A stretch of 64,000 bases of DNA from Dictyostelium discoideum (lineage: Eukaryota), in assembly GCA_000004695.1 (NCBI GenBank), contig CM000153.2, positions 2,432,001 through 2,496,000 of the forward strand, given 5' to 3'. The notes beneath the pieces are model-generated. The model saw only the letters and a list, made by a program, of their open reading frames with translations. It was not told the origin of the DNA and made no database searches. Positions 1-13,393 of the stretch are shown one piece after another. A program made the position numbers and the translations under genes. Numbering within the stretch: the first letter of the stretch is position 1; each line of letters opens with the position of its first letter.

Positions 1-400
1 TTTAGGAGATGAAGATTGTCCAATAATGCATACACCAAAAATGCAAGCTGAATTATTAAAAGTTTTAAATGAAATGAAATTTAATGAAATTGATATAATG
101 GTACCAAATTTATTATCATATGATGATCAATTCGTTATAGAATCATATATACCCTCACAAGATTTGAGTGAAGTCTTTTCAAAACCATCACAAATGAATG
201 ATACTCAAATCAAACAAGTATTTACAAAGATTGGCACAATTTTGAAAAGAATTCATTCAAAATCCACTCCATCTGCTTCATATGGTAGTTTAAAAAATGT
301 ACAATTACAAGGTTCACTTTCAAATTGGAATGATTATTTTGAAATTGATTTCATTAAACAATTTGATACAATGGAAATTAATATAGAAATAATTAATAAT

Positions 401-434
<34 letters not shown>

Positions 435-895
435 TTAAAGATAGAGAAGAAGTTATAAATCGTTTAAAAGGATTTTATTATGGTGATGTAAAAAAGTACC
501 TTTTAGAATTCAATAAACCAACTTTAGTTCATGCTGATTTATGTAGTAATAATATTAGAATCAATAAATGTAAAAATAAAAATAATAATAATGATGATAT
601 TAAAGTAACTGGTATTATTGATTTTGCAGATTCAATTAGTGGTGATGGGTTATATGATATTGGTAGAATTCTATCTCATGTTTATGGTGATTGGAGATTT
701 ATTGATGCAATTGAAATTGGTTATTGTGAAAATTCATCACCATTCAATCAAACTCAATTAAAAATGATCATATTCTATGCATTGTCATTTTGTTGTTGGT
801 TATTAGATATCTCTGACACTGAAGATGATATAATAAAATATAATCAAATTTTATCATCTTTATTAAACCATTATAAAAACAAAATAAATAAATAA
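1..895 (+). CDS. APH/choline-kinase-like phosphotransferase family protein, 5'-partial (reading frame open from nt 2; gene continues upstream of the window)
   Basis: The translation contains the Brenner catalytic motif LVHADLCSNNIRIN (HxDxxxxN). It is followed by IIDFADSISGD (DFG-like Mg-binding motif), typical of the PF01636 aminoglycoside/choline kinase fold. The frame is open upstream of the listed ATG at 26 to the window edge. Stop at 893-895. Confidence 0.6.
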
Positions 896-932
896 AAAAA
901 TAAATGATAATTTATTGAAACAATTATTATTT

Positions 933-2591
933 TTAATCTTCAATTAATGATAAATATCTTTTTTTATCAAGTTGAGTAAGTTTTGATTGTTCATCATAGT
1001 TTGTTGGAATGATTGATTGTGAGATTTTAAGGAATTCAGAGAGTGGACACATACCATCTACCTCTTTATCTTTACATGGTCCAATATGAATTGGTTTATG
1101 ATTATAGATAACTTTAACATATTGATGATTGATTAATTCCTTTTCGATTGATTTTGTGATTTTCACAACTTCTGGTTCTTTGTAATCTTTATCTTGCATT
1201 AAAAGGAATTCTAAAGTTGATGAAGTCACTGGATGAATTTTATCTTCATACATATCGTAACCCACTAATAATGCTGCCAATGTAGTATCGTGACCTGAAT
1301 ATAATGAAAGTTTTAAATCTTTTACTGATGGATCATTACGTGCTTTCAATTTTAATTCTTTATTTAAATCATCAACGAATCTACCAATACCCAATATCGA
1401 CATCTCTGGGAAATATCTTGCACTCTTAAATTCTTTTGCACTCTCTTCATACATTCTTTGAATAATATCTTTTGTTAATCCTTTTGGAATTGGTAAACCA
1501 TTATTTCTAAAACAATCAAATGAATTCACTAATCCTGCATATGATCTAAATCCTCTAGCTCTAAACTAAAATTATTTATTTATTTATTATTATTATTAAT
1601 CTATTATTTTTTTTATTTATTTTTTTTTTCCAACTTTTACATACACTTGATTCTTCTGGTTTACTATTTTCAAAAATTTTATTAATTTTTTCAGTAAATT
1701 TTTCTAATTCACTTAATTGATTCTCTTTAATAACTTTTGGATGTTGTTTAATTAAATTTTTTAAAAATACCTAATTAAAAAAAAAATAATTAATAAATAT
1801 TGAAAATGTTGTTTGGAGAAAACAAAAAAAAAAAAAAAAAACATTACTAATTTTTTTGAATTTCTTGGATACATATTCTCTTCATTATCTGGTTTCACTA
1901 AAAATGAAGAATGATGTGGTGATTTCTCTTGTTCATCAGTAAATGAACCACCATAAAGACCATGCATTAAAGACTTTTTTTTTTTTTTTTTTCAAAAAAT
2001 TTAAAAATGTTAATAATAATAATAATAATAATTGTTAAAAAAAAGAATATAAATAATGTATATAATTTATATAAAAATTACTCTGGCAGAAGAAATTGTT
2101 CTTGTTGTATTTGTGGATCTAATAAAGATTTGATCTTTGTTATATTGAGAATCAAGGAAACCAAGATGATCAATAAATAATTTTCTATAAATTTTACCAA
2201 CATTAATTTGATCAACTATACCAAGTACAGTTAATTGACCTGGATTACAATTTGGTCTTGGTGAATCTTTATTTGAGATTAAATGATCCATTGAATTACA
2301 CATCCACATTGTTAATGGTGTTCTATTTGATTCTGGTGTTCTTCTGCCATGTCTAGTTACGATTTGAATGAATTTCAATTTATATTTTTCATTATCATAA
2401 TCTTCAAGATGAACATCTGTTGATCTCAATGGAGAGAATTTAAATTTTGGATCAGAATGTTCATTCTTTAAATCTCTACTATTAATATTTGTTTGTAACT
2501 CAACTTTTATACCACTACCTCTACCATCACCACCACCACCATTTTGATTTTCTTCAACTTTTTGTTGACTTTTTCTAAAATAACTAAACAT
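933..2591 (-). CDS. Histidine acid phosphatase family protein, copy 1 (4 exons: 2082..2591, 1848..1973, 1645..1770, 933..1565; about 464 aa)
   Basis: Exon 1 carries the N-terminal signature VTRHGRRTPE (RHGxRxP). The last exon carries YSGHDTTLAALL (HD catalytic motif). Introns have GTAATT/GTAATG/GTATGT donors and AG acceptors. Exon lengths are 510+126+126+633, all phase 0. Exons 2 and 3 (42 aa each) align residue-for-residue with copy 2. Confidence 0.7.
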
Positions 2592-2638
2592 TATACCAAA
2601 ATTTTATTTCAAAATTATTTGCGTAAAAACGTTTTGAG

Positions 2639-2674
<36 letters not shown>

Positions 2675-3038
2675 AAAAAAAGCAAAAAATGATAATGATC
2701 AAAACGTTTTGTTTTTTTTTAATTTTTATTTTTAAATTTTTATTTTTTTTTAATTTTAAATCTTTAAAAATCTTCGGCACCAAAAATGAACTGTTTGACT
2801 TTCTTATTTTAAAAAATAAAAAAAAAAAAAAAAAAATTATTATTATTTCGAAAATAAACAGGGGTGTTAATTTTTTATTTATTTATATATTTATTTATTT
2901 ATTTTCCCCCATTCCAATAAATGTAACCAAGAAAAAAAAGAATAAAAAATTTCAAAATATATTTATTTATTTTTATTTTTATTTTTATTTTTATTTTAAT
3001 CTTTTATTTTCAATCAAACAAAAAAAAAATAATTATTT

Positions 3039-3694
3039 TTAGGTTGATTCTTGAATATATTTATTCTTTTCTTCATCAGTAATTTTTGATTGTTCATCAT
3101 AATTTGTTGGAATGATTGATTGTGAGATTTTAAGGAATTCAGAGAGTGGACACATACCGTCTACTTCTTTATCTTTACATGGTCCAATATGAATTGGTTT
3201 ATGATTAAAGATAACTTTAACATATTGATGATTGATTAATTCCTTTTCATTTGATTTTGTGACAACTTCTGGTTCTTTATAGTTTTTATCTTGGAATAAA
3301 AGATATTCCAAAGCTGATGAAGTCACTGGATGAACATTATCTTCATACATATCATAAGCCACCAATAATGCTGCCAATGTAGTATCGTGACCTGAATATA
3401 ATGAAAGTTTTAAATCTTTTACTGATGGATCATTAACAGACTTTAAATACATTTGTTTTGTTAAATCATTAACGAATCTACCAATACCCAATATTGACAT
3501 CTCTGGGAATAATCTTGCACTCTTAAATTCTTTTGCACTCTCTTCATACATTCTTTGAATAACATCATTTGTAAATCCTTTTGGTAATGGTAAACCATTA
3601 TTTCTAAAACAATCAAATGAATTCACTAATCCTGCATATGATCTCCAACTTGGTACATAAAACTAACAATTGTAATAAATATTAATATATAAAT

Positions 3695-3735
<41 letters not shown>

Positions 3736-4644
3736 AAATTTTATTTACTTACAGCAGTATCAAATTTGCTATCTTCAAAAATATTTTTAATCTTTTCAGT
3801 AAATTCTTTTAAATTACTCTTTTCATTTTCTTCAATTACAGCTTTATGTTTTTTTAATAAACCTTTTAAAAAATTCTTTTTTTTTTTTAAAATTATTATA
3901 TAAAAAAAAAAAAAAATTATTATTATTATAATTTTCTTTATATATTAAAATAAATAATAAAAAACATACATATTTTGGAGAAGATCTTGGATACATATTT
4001 TCATCTTTTTCATCTAAAATTAAGAAAGAAGAATGATTTGGTGATTTTTCTTGATCATCAGCAAAAGAACCACCATAAAGACCATGCATGAAAGATCTAG
4101 CACTTGAGATTGTTCTTTCACGATTTGAAGATCTAATAAAGATTTGATCTTTATTATATTTATTATCAAGGAAATGAAGATTATTAATGAATAGATTTCT
4201 ATAAGCTTTACCAACATTAATTTGATCTACAATACCGAGTACAGTTAATTGACCCATATTACAATCTGGTCTTGAAGTATCTTTATTTGTAATTAATTGA
4301 TCCAATGAATTACAAGTCCACATTGTTAATGGATATCTCTTTGATTCTGGTGTTCTTCTACCATGTCTTGTAATGATTTGAACAAATTTCAATTGGTAAT
4401 TCTCTGGATTATATTCATCTATTGGTACTTTAGTTGATCTTAATGCTAAAAATTTAAAATTTGGATCTGTATGTTGATTCTTAAAATCTTCTTCTTTTAC
4501 AAGTGTTTGAAGGTAATCATTAATTTCAATTGAATTCTCTTTATTATTATCATTATTGTTTATATTGTTTTTTAAATTAATATTTGGATTTTCATCTAAT
4601 TTAACAGTACCAACTATTGAATTTAATAAAAAATTAATTATCAT
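3039..4644 (-). CDS. Histidine acid phosphatase family protein, copy 2 (3 exons: 3970..4644, 3753..3875, 3039..3662; about 473 aa)
   Basis: ITRHGRRTPES in exon 1 and LYSGHDTTLAALL in the last exon. The region that is split by intron 1 in copy 1 (…TISSAR|SFMHGLYGG…) is continuous here. The two remaining introns sit at positions homologous to copy 1 introns 2 and 3 (GTATGT and GTAAGT donors). The 3' exon is about 97% identical in nucleotides to copy 1. Confidence 0.7.
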
Positions 4645-5112
4645 TTTCTTTTTTTTTTTTTTTTTCTCCTCTAAAAAAATTATTTATTTAGTGAAAAAAA
4701 TACTATTACACCTTTTTTTAAAAAAATAAAAACAATAAAAAAAAAAAAAAAAATAAAAAATAACAACTTCACAAAAAAAAAAAAATTTAAATTAAAAAAA
4801 AAATAAATAGAAAAATAAAAAAAAAAAAAAAAATGAAATTAATGTTCGGGAATGAAATAAATGTCCGAATTAAGATTTTTTTGAACAATAAAGGTCTGAA
4901 ACTGTTTATCGATGAACAGCACAAAAAACACCGACTTTTTTTTTTTTTTTAAATTAAATAATTTTTTATTTTTATTTTTATTTTTTTTAGAATGCAAGCC
5001 ATAAATAGTTTTTTTTTATTTTAGAATGCAAATTATATTAATAGTTTTTTTTTTTTTTTATTTTTAAAAAGGAGAAAAGATAGATGTTTATGAAAAAAAA
5101 ATATATTTCTAT

Positions 5113-5157
<45 letters not shown>

Positions 5158-5161
<4 letters not shown>

Positions 5162-7674
5162 CTTAATGGACATAAAGAACCATAATGAAATTCAGCATAA
5201 TGAGATAATAATAAAACTTTATCATTTAAAATTTTAGATGGAATGATTTCAATGAAAAAGTTACTTTGACTTTCAACAGAAGAGATGATTGAAATCTTTG
5301 AACCAAAATGTTCAGCAGCAGCCAAGAGAGTTAAATGATCACCCCAATTTCCATTCTTTGACATATCGTTACAATAGTCATCCCAATTATTAGTATTTAC
5401 AAATTGACAAATGGTAGCACCATTTGGAAGTTGAAAATCTTTATTCTTTCTTAACCAATCGACAATTGTTTTTCTAACTTCTTGAGAATGAGATAAATCA
5501 CCATACAACTGATCGGATAAAGCATGCATTTGACAATTGCCATCACCTGGTATCTCTTTACTATTCTTTAGCATATAAAGTTCCAAACGTTCATTCAAAC
5601 GTTGTTGAGCGATTTGCACCTCTTTTGATTGTGGTAATGGATGAAGATTCAATAAAACATTTGAACTAATCAATGAAGCATCATGATTCATATTCTTTAA
5701 TACTAAACCCTCCAATAATAAATTAGTTTTAATTTCACTATACTGATCTTGAACATGTCCTCCAACAATATGTGGTGATGATGAATTACTTTGTTGTTGC
5801 TGTTGTTGTTGCTTTCTTTGTTTATTTAAACGATCATCTTCTTCAATTCTTTTCTTTTTCTCTTCTTCAATTGATTTCATAATATCAACATACCAAGATT
5901 TTGAATGATAATGAGCAATATCTTCATCCAATTGAATCATTGCAGCAGCTGTTACCCTATCAGTAGCTTCATTAATGAAATATTGGATCCAAATTTGAGC
6001 CTTCTCTTCTTGATTCAATAGACAACATGTTTTTGCATAGATTAACCAAATTGTGGAATCGGAGATTGGGACATCCGATAAAGCTCTTGAAAGTTGATCA
6101 TTTGAAAGACTAAGATAATGTAAGAGATATTTGTAGAGATCATCTTTAATTTGTGGTTTCTGTGTGACGAATCTAGCAGAGGTCACTTGGTGATCGGATT
6201 GAATGATCTTAAAGTAAGAATAGCAGAAACAGCCTAAATTATACTTATACTTTGTCTCTGATGTGCATTTCATAACGGTTCGAAAGAGATTATCATAGAT
6301 AGTTTCAAATATTTTATATTTCAATTGTTTGGTTACCTCCTCCCCAATATACCAAAAGTAGCCTCTACCAGTTAACATTGAGAATAGAGTTTGAGTAAAG
6401 AATACCAAACCATTTGATGAAATATCACTAGTTTCAAAATAATCTTTCAATTGTTTAATATTTTCAAATTGTTGATTAAAATAAATAATTATTGGATTAT
6501 TATTTTTTTGTGATGATAAAACTGTTGAATTTGTAATTGACATTGACATAGTGTTGTTGTTGTTGTTGTTATTACGGTTATCTAGTTGTTGTTGAAATAT
6601 TTTTGCCAACATTTCAATCATAAATTTTGATTTTACAGTCATTAAATTGATTTGTTTAGCAAATGATGGATCGACTTGTGACAATTTCATCAATACTAAT
6701 ATTGAGGCTAAACCACTAAGATGATATTGAATAATATCAACCTTTGTAAAGAACTCTGGTGGTTTATAAACCTCTGGTGTTAATGTGAATGGTAATGATG
6801 ATGTATGAATATTTCTATTGTTTTGTAATTTCAATAAAATTGTATTACATTCTTTTGCTATTGGTAATTGAGCATTATTAAATGTAATATTATCTTGTCC
6901 AACATGATTCGTTGTAAATTTATCAAATTTATCTTTAATTTTATTTAAAATATTTTGAAAAGTTTGTTCCATTGTAAATTGTTGAGTTTGTTGTGGTTGT
7001 GGTTGTGCCATATTTGGTTGTTGCTGTATAGTTTGTGGTGGTTGTTGTTGCTGTTGTTGTACTGTATTTGGTTGTTGTTGTTGTTGTACTATAAGTGGCT
7101 GTTGCTGGTATATTACGTTTGGTGGTTGTTGTTGTAGTTGATTTTGTTGTAGTTGTTGTTGTTGTTGTGCTAATGGAAGTTGATTAACATATATGTATCG
7201 TATTGGGAGTGGTTGTAATATTGATGAAATATTTGGTTGGTATGGTTGTGGAATATGTTGGTATGGTTGTTGATTTGATGCTGTTGTTGGTATATTACCA
7301 CTATATTGCTGCTGAGCTAAAAAAGATGTTGGAGATGTTGGGTTTTGTGTTTGTTGTTGTTGTTGTAGTTGTTGTTGTTGTTGCTGTTGTTGTTGTTGTG
7401 CTAATTGAATATATGATGGTGGAGATTGTACATTTACCTTTATTTTTTTTATTTTTTTGTTTATTATTTGTTATTATTTTTATTATTTGTTATTTTTATT
7501 ATTATTTATTAGAATAGGGTATGGTTAATAAAAATAATAATAATAATAATAATAATGAAAGACTTTTAATTTTACAATAAAATAAAATTATGGTGAATTG
7601 CTAGCAATAGTTCACGCTACACACACACACATCTAGTTCTTTAAAATACTTACAAAGTTTGCAGAGTGAGACAT
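5158..7674 (-). CDS. OTU-domain cysteine protease (deubiquitinase-like) with a poly-Gln-rich N-terminal half (2 exons: 7654..7674, 5158..7437; about 766 aa)
   Basis: The C-terminus has the OTU catalytic motif [18 protein letters not shown] and a His-containing tail (HYAEFHYGS). The long ORF is open, with no stop and no ATG, upstream of the listed Met through a CAA-rich segment up to about 7437. A 21-nt first exon ATGTCTCACTCTGCAAACTTT followed by GTAAGT lies at 7654-7674. An …ataaag acceptor at 7438-7439 joins it in phase 0. Confidence 0.55.
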
Positions 7675-9717
7675 GGTGTGTTGTGAAAATAAATGAAAAA
7701 GATAATAATGAATGAAAAAAAAAATAAATAAATAAATAAATAAAAAATAAAATAAAAAAAAAAAAAAAAAACTGTGTGTGAAATTAATTAGATTATTTTT
7801 TTATTTTATTTTTATTATTTTTTTTTTTATAAATAAATTTTAATATAAAAAAAAAAAATAATAATAATAATATCTAAAAGAGTTTTTTTAATTTGATATT
7901 ATTTATTTATTATTTATTTATTTATAAAAAATAAATTATAGTGGAAAAAAAAAGGTCTGTTTTTTTTTTTTTTTTTTTTTTTTTTCTTACTATTTTTTTT
8001 TTAAATTTTTAGGGCAATTTAAATTTTAATTTATTTTTATTTTAATTTTTTTTTAAATTTTAATTTTTTTTTTTAATTTTTTTTTTTAATTTTTTTAAGT
8101 TTTTTTTCTCAAACAATGACAACCCAAGGATTTATTTTAATGTTAATCATGATGGAAGAATTAAATTAAACAAGAAATATTTCTTAGTAATGAATACACC
8201 AAACTTGGTAAGATGTTTGAAAATAAAACCTAAAAAAAAAAAAAAATCTAAAAAAAAAGATCTATTAATAAAAAATCTTAAAAAATAATCTTTTTACTCG
8301 AAAAAATAAAAATAATTTACATATTTCAATATTGGTTAACACAATGGTATATATATATCTAGAAATTAAATTGAATATATAATTAAAAAAAAAAAAATAA
8401 AAAAAAAAAAAAATAAAATAAAATAAAATAAAAAAATAAATAAATAATAAAATAAAATTAATTAAGTATTTTTTTAAAACTTCAATTATTTTAATTTTTA
8501 AAATGTCTTTTTTTCATGGCCAATTTTGTTTAATAATTTTTAATATTAAATTGTAGTTTTAAGTAATTAAACAATAATTTTTTTTTTTGTTTTTTTTTTT
8601 TCCCTTAAATTCCAATGATACCATTTTTAAAATTAAAATTGGTGGTTGTGGTTATTGGGGGGAGAATTAAGAAATTAGCAATAAACAAGATTACTTGTTT
8701 ATTATTAAATCGCAATCAATTAATAATAACTTGCCTTTTCTTATTAGATACGATTATAATATGTTTAAAAATTCAAAACTTTTTAATTTTAAATTTAATT
8801 TTTTTTGACTAGAGATTTCTTGTAAAAGATAAATTCTTATTATGAAAATCTCTATTAATGTACTCAATATTATGAAATTTAATTTAACATTACAATTTAT
8901 TATTAAAAAAAAATAAAAAAATAAAAATAAAATAATTTTAAAAAATAAAAATAATTTAAAAGATTATAGTAATTTTTATTTTTTTAAATTTAATATGAAG
9001 TTCGATTTGATTTGATTTGGTTTTTTTATTTTAATATATTATTTTTATTATTTTTATTATTTTTTTATTATTTTTTTTTTATTTATTTTTTTTTTTTCAA
9101 TGAAATGAATCTTAAAATATTAATTTTAAAAATAATTATTATTGTTATTGATAATATTATATATAATTATATAAATATATATATATTTTAACCTTCATCA
9201 ATATCCAACCATTAACGGAAAGACACAGACCTTTCTTAAAATTTTATAACTTTCCTTCTTCGTTAAAGGAAAAAAAAAAATTTAATTTTTTTGTTTTTTT
9301 TTAATTTTTTTTTTTTTTTTTTTATTCCAATTTTGATATTCTATTTTTAATTTTATCAAAAAATAAAATTATATTAGCAAATAATAAAAATAATAATAAA
9401 AAAAAAAAAAAAAAAAAAAAAAGATAAAATTTAAAAAAAATGGGGGTTGGAAAAAATTAGGAAAAAAACCAATTGGGATGTTTTTGAGATAGAAATTTTT
9501 GTAAATCTAGTTTTGATTCTTTTATCTCGATAATATGAGATTATCATCATTGAAAAATATTTTATTGGAATATTAAAAACATAGAGTAACACAAACGGAA
9601 TCATGTATATTTTTCTTTTTTTGTTTTATTTGTGTATATTTATATAATTTTTTTAATTTTTTTAATTTTTTTTTATTTTTTTTTATTTTTTATTTTTGAC
9701 AAAATTGGTTGATACTC

Positions 9718-9790
9718 TCACACACACAATAATTAACCACACTCCCATCCCACACACCCCACTCCCCCGCTCACCAAAATTACCAAACAT
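9718..9790. promoter_or_regulatory. CA-/C-rich element (CACACAC…CCCACACACCCCACTCCCCCGCTCACC) in an otherwise more than 85% AT spacer, about 450 bp upstream of the psi-family gene
   Basis: A compositional outlier. It resembles the CA-rich elements (CAEs) described in Dictyostelium post-aggregative/prespore promoters. Confidence 0.35.
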
Positions 9791-9865
9791 CAACATATAA
9801 AACATGTGTGAGTTAGTTGGATGTGTTTATTTTTATTTCAAAAAAAAAAAAAAACAAAATTAAAA

Positions 9866-9896
<31 letters not shown>

Positions 9897-10204
9897 AAAA
9901 CAAAAAAAAAAAAAAAAAAAAAAAAGAAAAGAAAGGAAAAAACAACCATTTATTAATTTTTGTATGATTATTATAATTCAAATTAAAAATATATTATATA
10001 AATATATATAAATATATATTAAATAAAAATAATAATAAAATAAATTTAATATAATAAAAAATTTTTTTGAGAAAAAAAAAAAATAAAAAAAAAAAAAAAA
10101 AAAAAAAAACCAAAAAAAAACAAAAAAAAAAAACCAATAAAAAAAAAATAAAAAACAATAAACAAAATTATATTTATTAAATAATTATAATCAATACAAA
10201 TAAA

Positions 10205-10758
10205 ATGAAAAAAATAAACAATAATAAAATTTTTGTTTTATTTTTGACAATATTATTATATTTATTAAATATTACAACTGCGCAAAAGCCAGGTAAATAT
10301 AAATAAATAAAAAAAAAATAAAATATTTTTATAATAATAAATATTTTAATTAATTTATTAAATTTTACTAATTAAATTTTTTTTTAAAAAATCATAATAA
10401 ATAAATAAATAAATAAAAAAAATACATTTTTTTTTTTTTTTTTAGTGTCAATAAATATAAAGATATTTGATCAATTACCTTTATATAATGATAATTTTGG
10501 TTCACAATCAAGAGCAGCAACCATTAAGAGTATGGTTGCAACATCATTAAATACAACATTTAAAACTCCAAGTTTAGGATCAGCCACCTCAAGCTTACCA
10601 TCACCACAATTATTCCAATATTGGTTTCAATCAAATTTTGCCAATGAAACAAAAAACTCTGGTTTAAATGCCCCATTAACAAGAACAATTACCTTAAACT
10701 ATGATTCTGACAGTGGTAATTATATTTTCAACAATCCAAATTTCTTTTTAAGTAGGTA

Positions 10759-10802
<44 letters not shown>

Positions 10803-11299
10803 TTTCTAAACTAATTTTCTTTTTTTTTTTTTTTTTAATTTTTTCTTTTTTTTTTTTTATATTTATTAAATTAAATAGTTGATACAGATGGATTCGATAA
10901 AACAGCATCAAATCGTATTTATAAAGATTCAACTGGTACATATCATAATTACCATTATTGTGTTGCCTTTAATTATGTTTTTAAACCAGACGGCCAAGGA
11001 AAAGAAATGTTTAAATTCACTGGTAATGATGATGTTTGGGTATTTGTAAACAATAAATTATTATTAGATGGCGGTGGTGTTCGTTCACCAGAGGCAACAA
11101 CAGTTGATTTCACAAAAGCTGGACTTGTTAAAAGTCAAGAAACTCCATTAGATTTCTTTTATTGCGAACGTAGTACAAACTCTCCTCCATCATTTAAAAT
11201 TGAAACTAATCTTGGCGGATTATATTGTAAAGCTTATGATTATTGCGGTGTAAGTATTATTTATTTTTTAAATTAATATTAATTAAAATTTAATTATAA

Positions 11300-11358
<59 letters not shown>

Positions 11359-12694
11359 ATATTTAAAATTAATTTTAGGTTTGTAATGGTGATGGTGGTA
11401 CATGTTGTAATCCACAAACAGATTGTTTAACTCAATTAGAAAATGGTACATTAATTAATGATAAATGTACAATACCAATTTGCCCACCTTTAGATACACA
11501 AATTGATAAAAATCTTGGTATTGGTTTCTTCTGTCAACATTCTCAAATTCCAGATCCATATGCTGGAAGTTTATGTGAAAAGGGAGAATGTGATTCATTA
11601 ACTGGTATTTGGACTAGAAATACAAGTATTTGTCCAACTGATAAGGATCTTGCACCACAATGTAGAAAACAAGCTACATGTGATCCAAAATTAGGTTGTC
11701 AATCAACTTACTTATGTAACAATGTTTGTGATATTGGTACATGTAACAATGGAACTTGTACCCAAAAGACATCGAATGATTGTGTCCAAGAGTTGGATCG
11801 TGGTGTTGAAGATAAATGTTTCACTTATAAATGTGTTCCAAATGTTGGTTGTTCCAAAACTCCAATTTGTCCAAGAGGTACTGATCCATGTAAAAACTAT
11901 ACCTGTTCTGGAGGTATTTGTGGAACTGTTGATATTCCTCAAAGTGAATGCAGTTGTCCTTGCCCAGGTTTAAACAAATGTAATACCAGAATTTGTAATC
12001 CAGATAATACTTGCACTCTTTTCAATCTCACTGAGATTAACGATGGTAACCCATGTACTGATGATTTATGTGACCCAGTCACCGGTGACATCACTCATGT
12101 TATGACCACTAGATGTTCAGGTTGTAACACTTGTGATGTTAAGACTGGTAAATGTGTAGCTCAAGATTCTCATTGTGATGATGGTAATCCATGTACTGAT
12201 AATGCTTGTGTCGCTTCAGCTAATAGTACCGCCAATAGCCAAGTTGGTCAATGCACTCAAACTCCAACTGCTAAATGTGATTTGGGTGATAAATGTATGG
12301 TTTACAGTTGTACCTTGGAAGGTGGTTGTAATGCAACTCAACGTGTTTGTCCAAACTCTGGTGCTTGTAAAATTGGTTATTGTGAACCTGGTTTCGGTTG
12401 TAAATTAAAGGATAGAGTTTGTTCTTCCGATTGGTATTGTATTGAAGCTCAATGTGATGCAAAATATGGTTGCATTCAATTCGATAGAAGATGTGCTCCT
12501 GATAATAGTAAATGTCAAGAAGGTGTCTGTGTAAACAATACTGCTATCGGTAAAAATGATGGAAAATGTATTTCTGAAGATTATGATCCAAAACCATTTG
12601 TTTGTCAAAAAGCTGCTTTAGTTTCAACTGCTGTTATTGCAAGTGTTGTTGTAGTTGGTGCTGTTGTTTTAGGTGCTGCTATAGTAAGTAATCT

Positions 12695-12738
<44 letters not shown>

Positions 12739-12922
12739 AAATTCTAATACCTTATTTTCTTTTCTTTTTTTTTTTTTTAATTTAATAAAGTTTGCGGGTA
12801 AGAAAGGTTATGATGCTTGGAAAACAAGTCAAGGAAATGTTATGGCAGCTTCACAAGCTAATCCATTATATACTCAATCAAGTAATGGAGGTGAAAATCC
12901 ACTCTATAACTCACCAACATAA
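10205..12922 (+). CDS. psi-family-like type I membrane protein (signal peptide, PA14 domain, Cys-rich repeats, C-terminal TM) (5 exons: 10205..10292, 10446..10751, 10879..11249, 11379..12683, 12791..12922; about 733 aa)
   Basis: Exon 1 encodes MKKINNNKIFVLFLTILLYLLNITTAQKP (signal peptide) and ends G|GTAAAT. The PA14 core is NDDVWVFVNNKLLLDGGGV…DFFYCER. A long Cys-rich region follows (C-x-C spacing). The TM segment is ALVSTAVIASVVVVGAVVLGAAI. GTAGGT/GTAAGT donors and AG acceptors are all phase-compatible. The exons total 2202 nt, which is 734 codons. Confidence 0.65.
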
Positions 12923-13041
12923 ATCCAAAAACCTAATTTATAAAATCATGTATTGTTTTAATTTTAATTTTTTTCCAGTCTTATTTTCATAAAAATGCGC
13001 CTCAAATATATAATGTACAAAAAAAAAAAAAAAAAAAAAAA

Positions 13042-13072
<31 letters not shown>

Positions 13073-13241
13073 ATTAAAATAACCAAAAAAAATAAACCTT
13101 TTTAATAAACATAAAATATAATTTTTTAAAAAAAAAAAAAAAAAAATTGTTTTTATTATTTTATTATTATTTTCTATAAATCATTGGAATAATATTATTG
13201 TTAGAAATAAAAATATTAAATGTACAATAGAATATCCTTAA

Positions 13242-13279
<38 letters not shown>

Positions 13280-13393
13280 TTAATAATAATTTTATATTAC
13301 AGTGCTTAATTATACAAAATTTTAAAATAAATAATAATAATAATAAAAATAATAAAGCCAATTTCTTGTTATAAGTTATTTTTGTTGAAAATT

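Noticed and set aside
2544-3042. ORFs 2544..2735 and 2689..3042 (poly-K/poly-F)
   Set aside because: A/T homopolymer spacer between the two acid-phosphatase paralogs. The translations are pure K/F/I/N runs.
4840-4935. Moderately GC-rich patch with TTCGGGA…TCCGAA partial inverted repeat
   Set aside because: It lies in the promoter of acid-phosphatase copy 2. It has neither the length nor the arm structure of a tRNA and no ORF.
6955-7517. Plus-strand ORFs 6955..7137 and 7203..7517 (Leu/Trp/Val-rich)
   Set aside because: Antisense of the CAA/CAG-rich N-terminal exon of the OTU gene.
8140-8220. ATGACAACCCAAGGATTT… 17-codon ORF and ATGAATACACCAAACTTG|GTAAGA mini-exon-like string
   Set aside because: It looks like a classic short first exon + GTAAGA donor. 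No downstream coding exon could be found within 1 kb. Likely chance.
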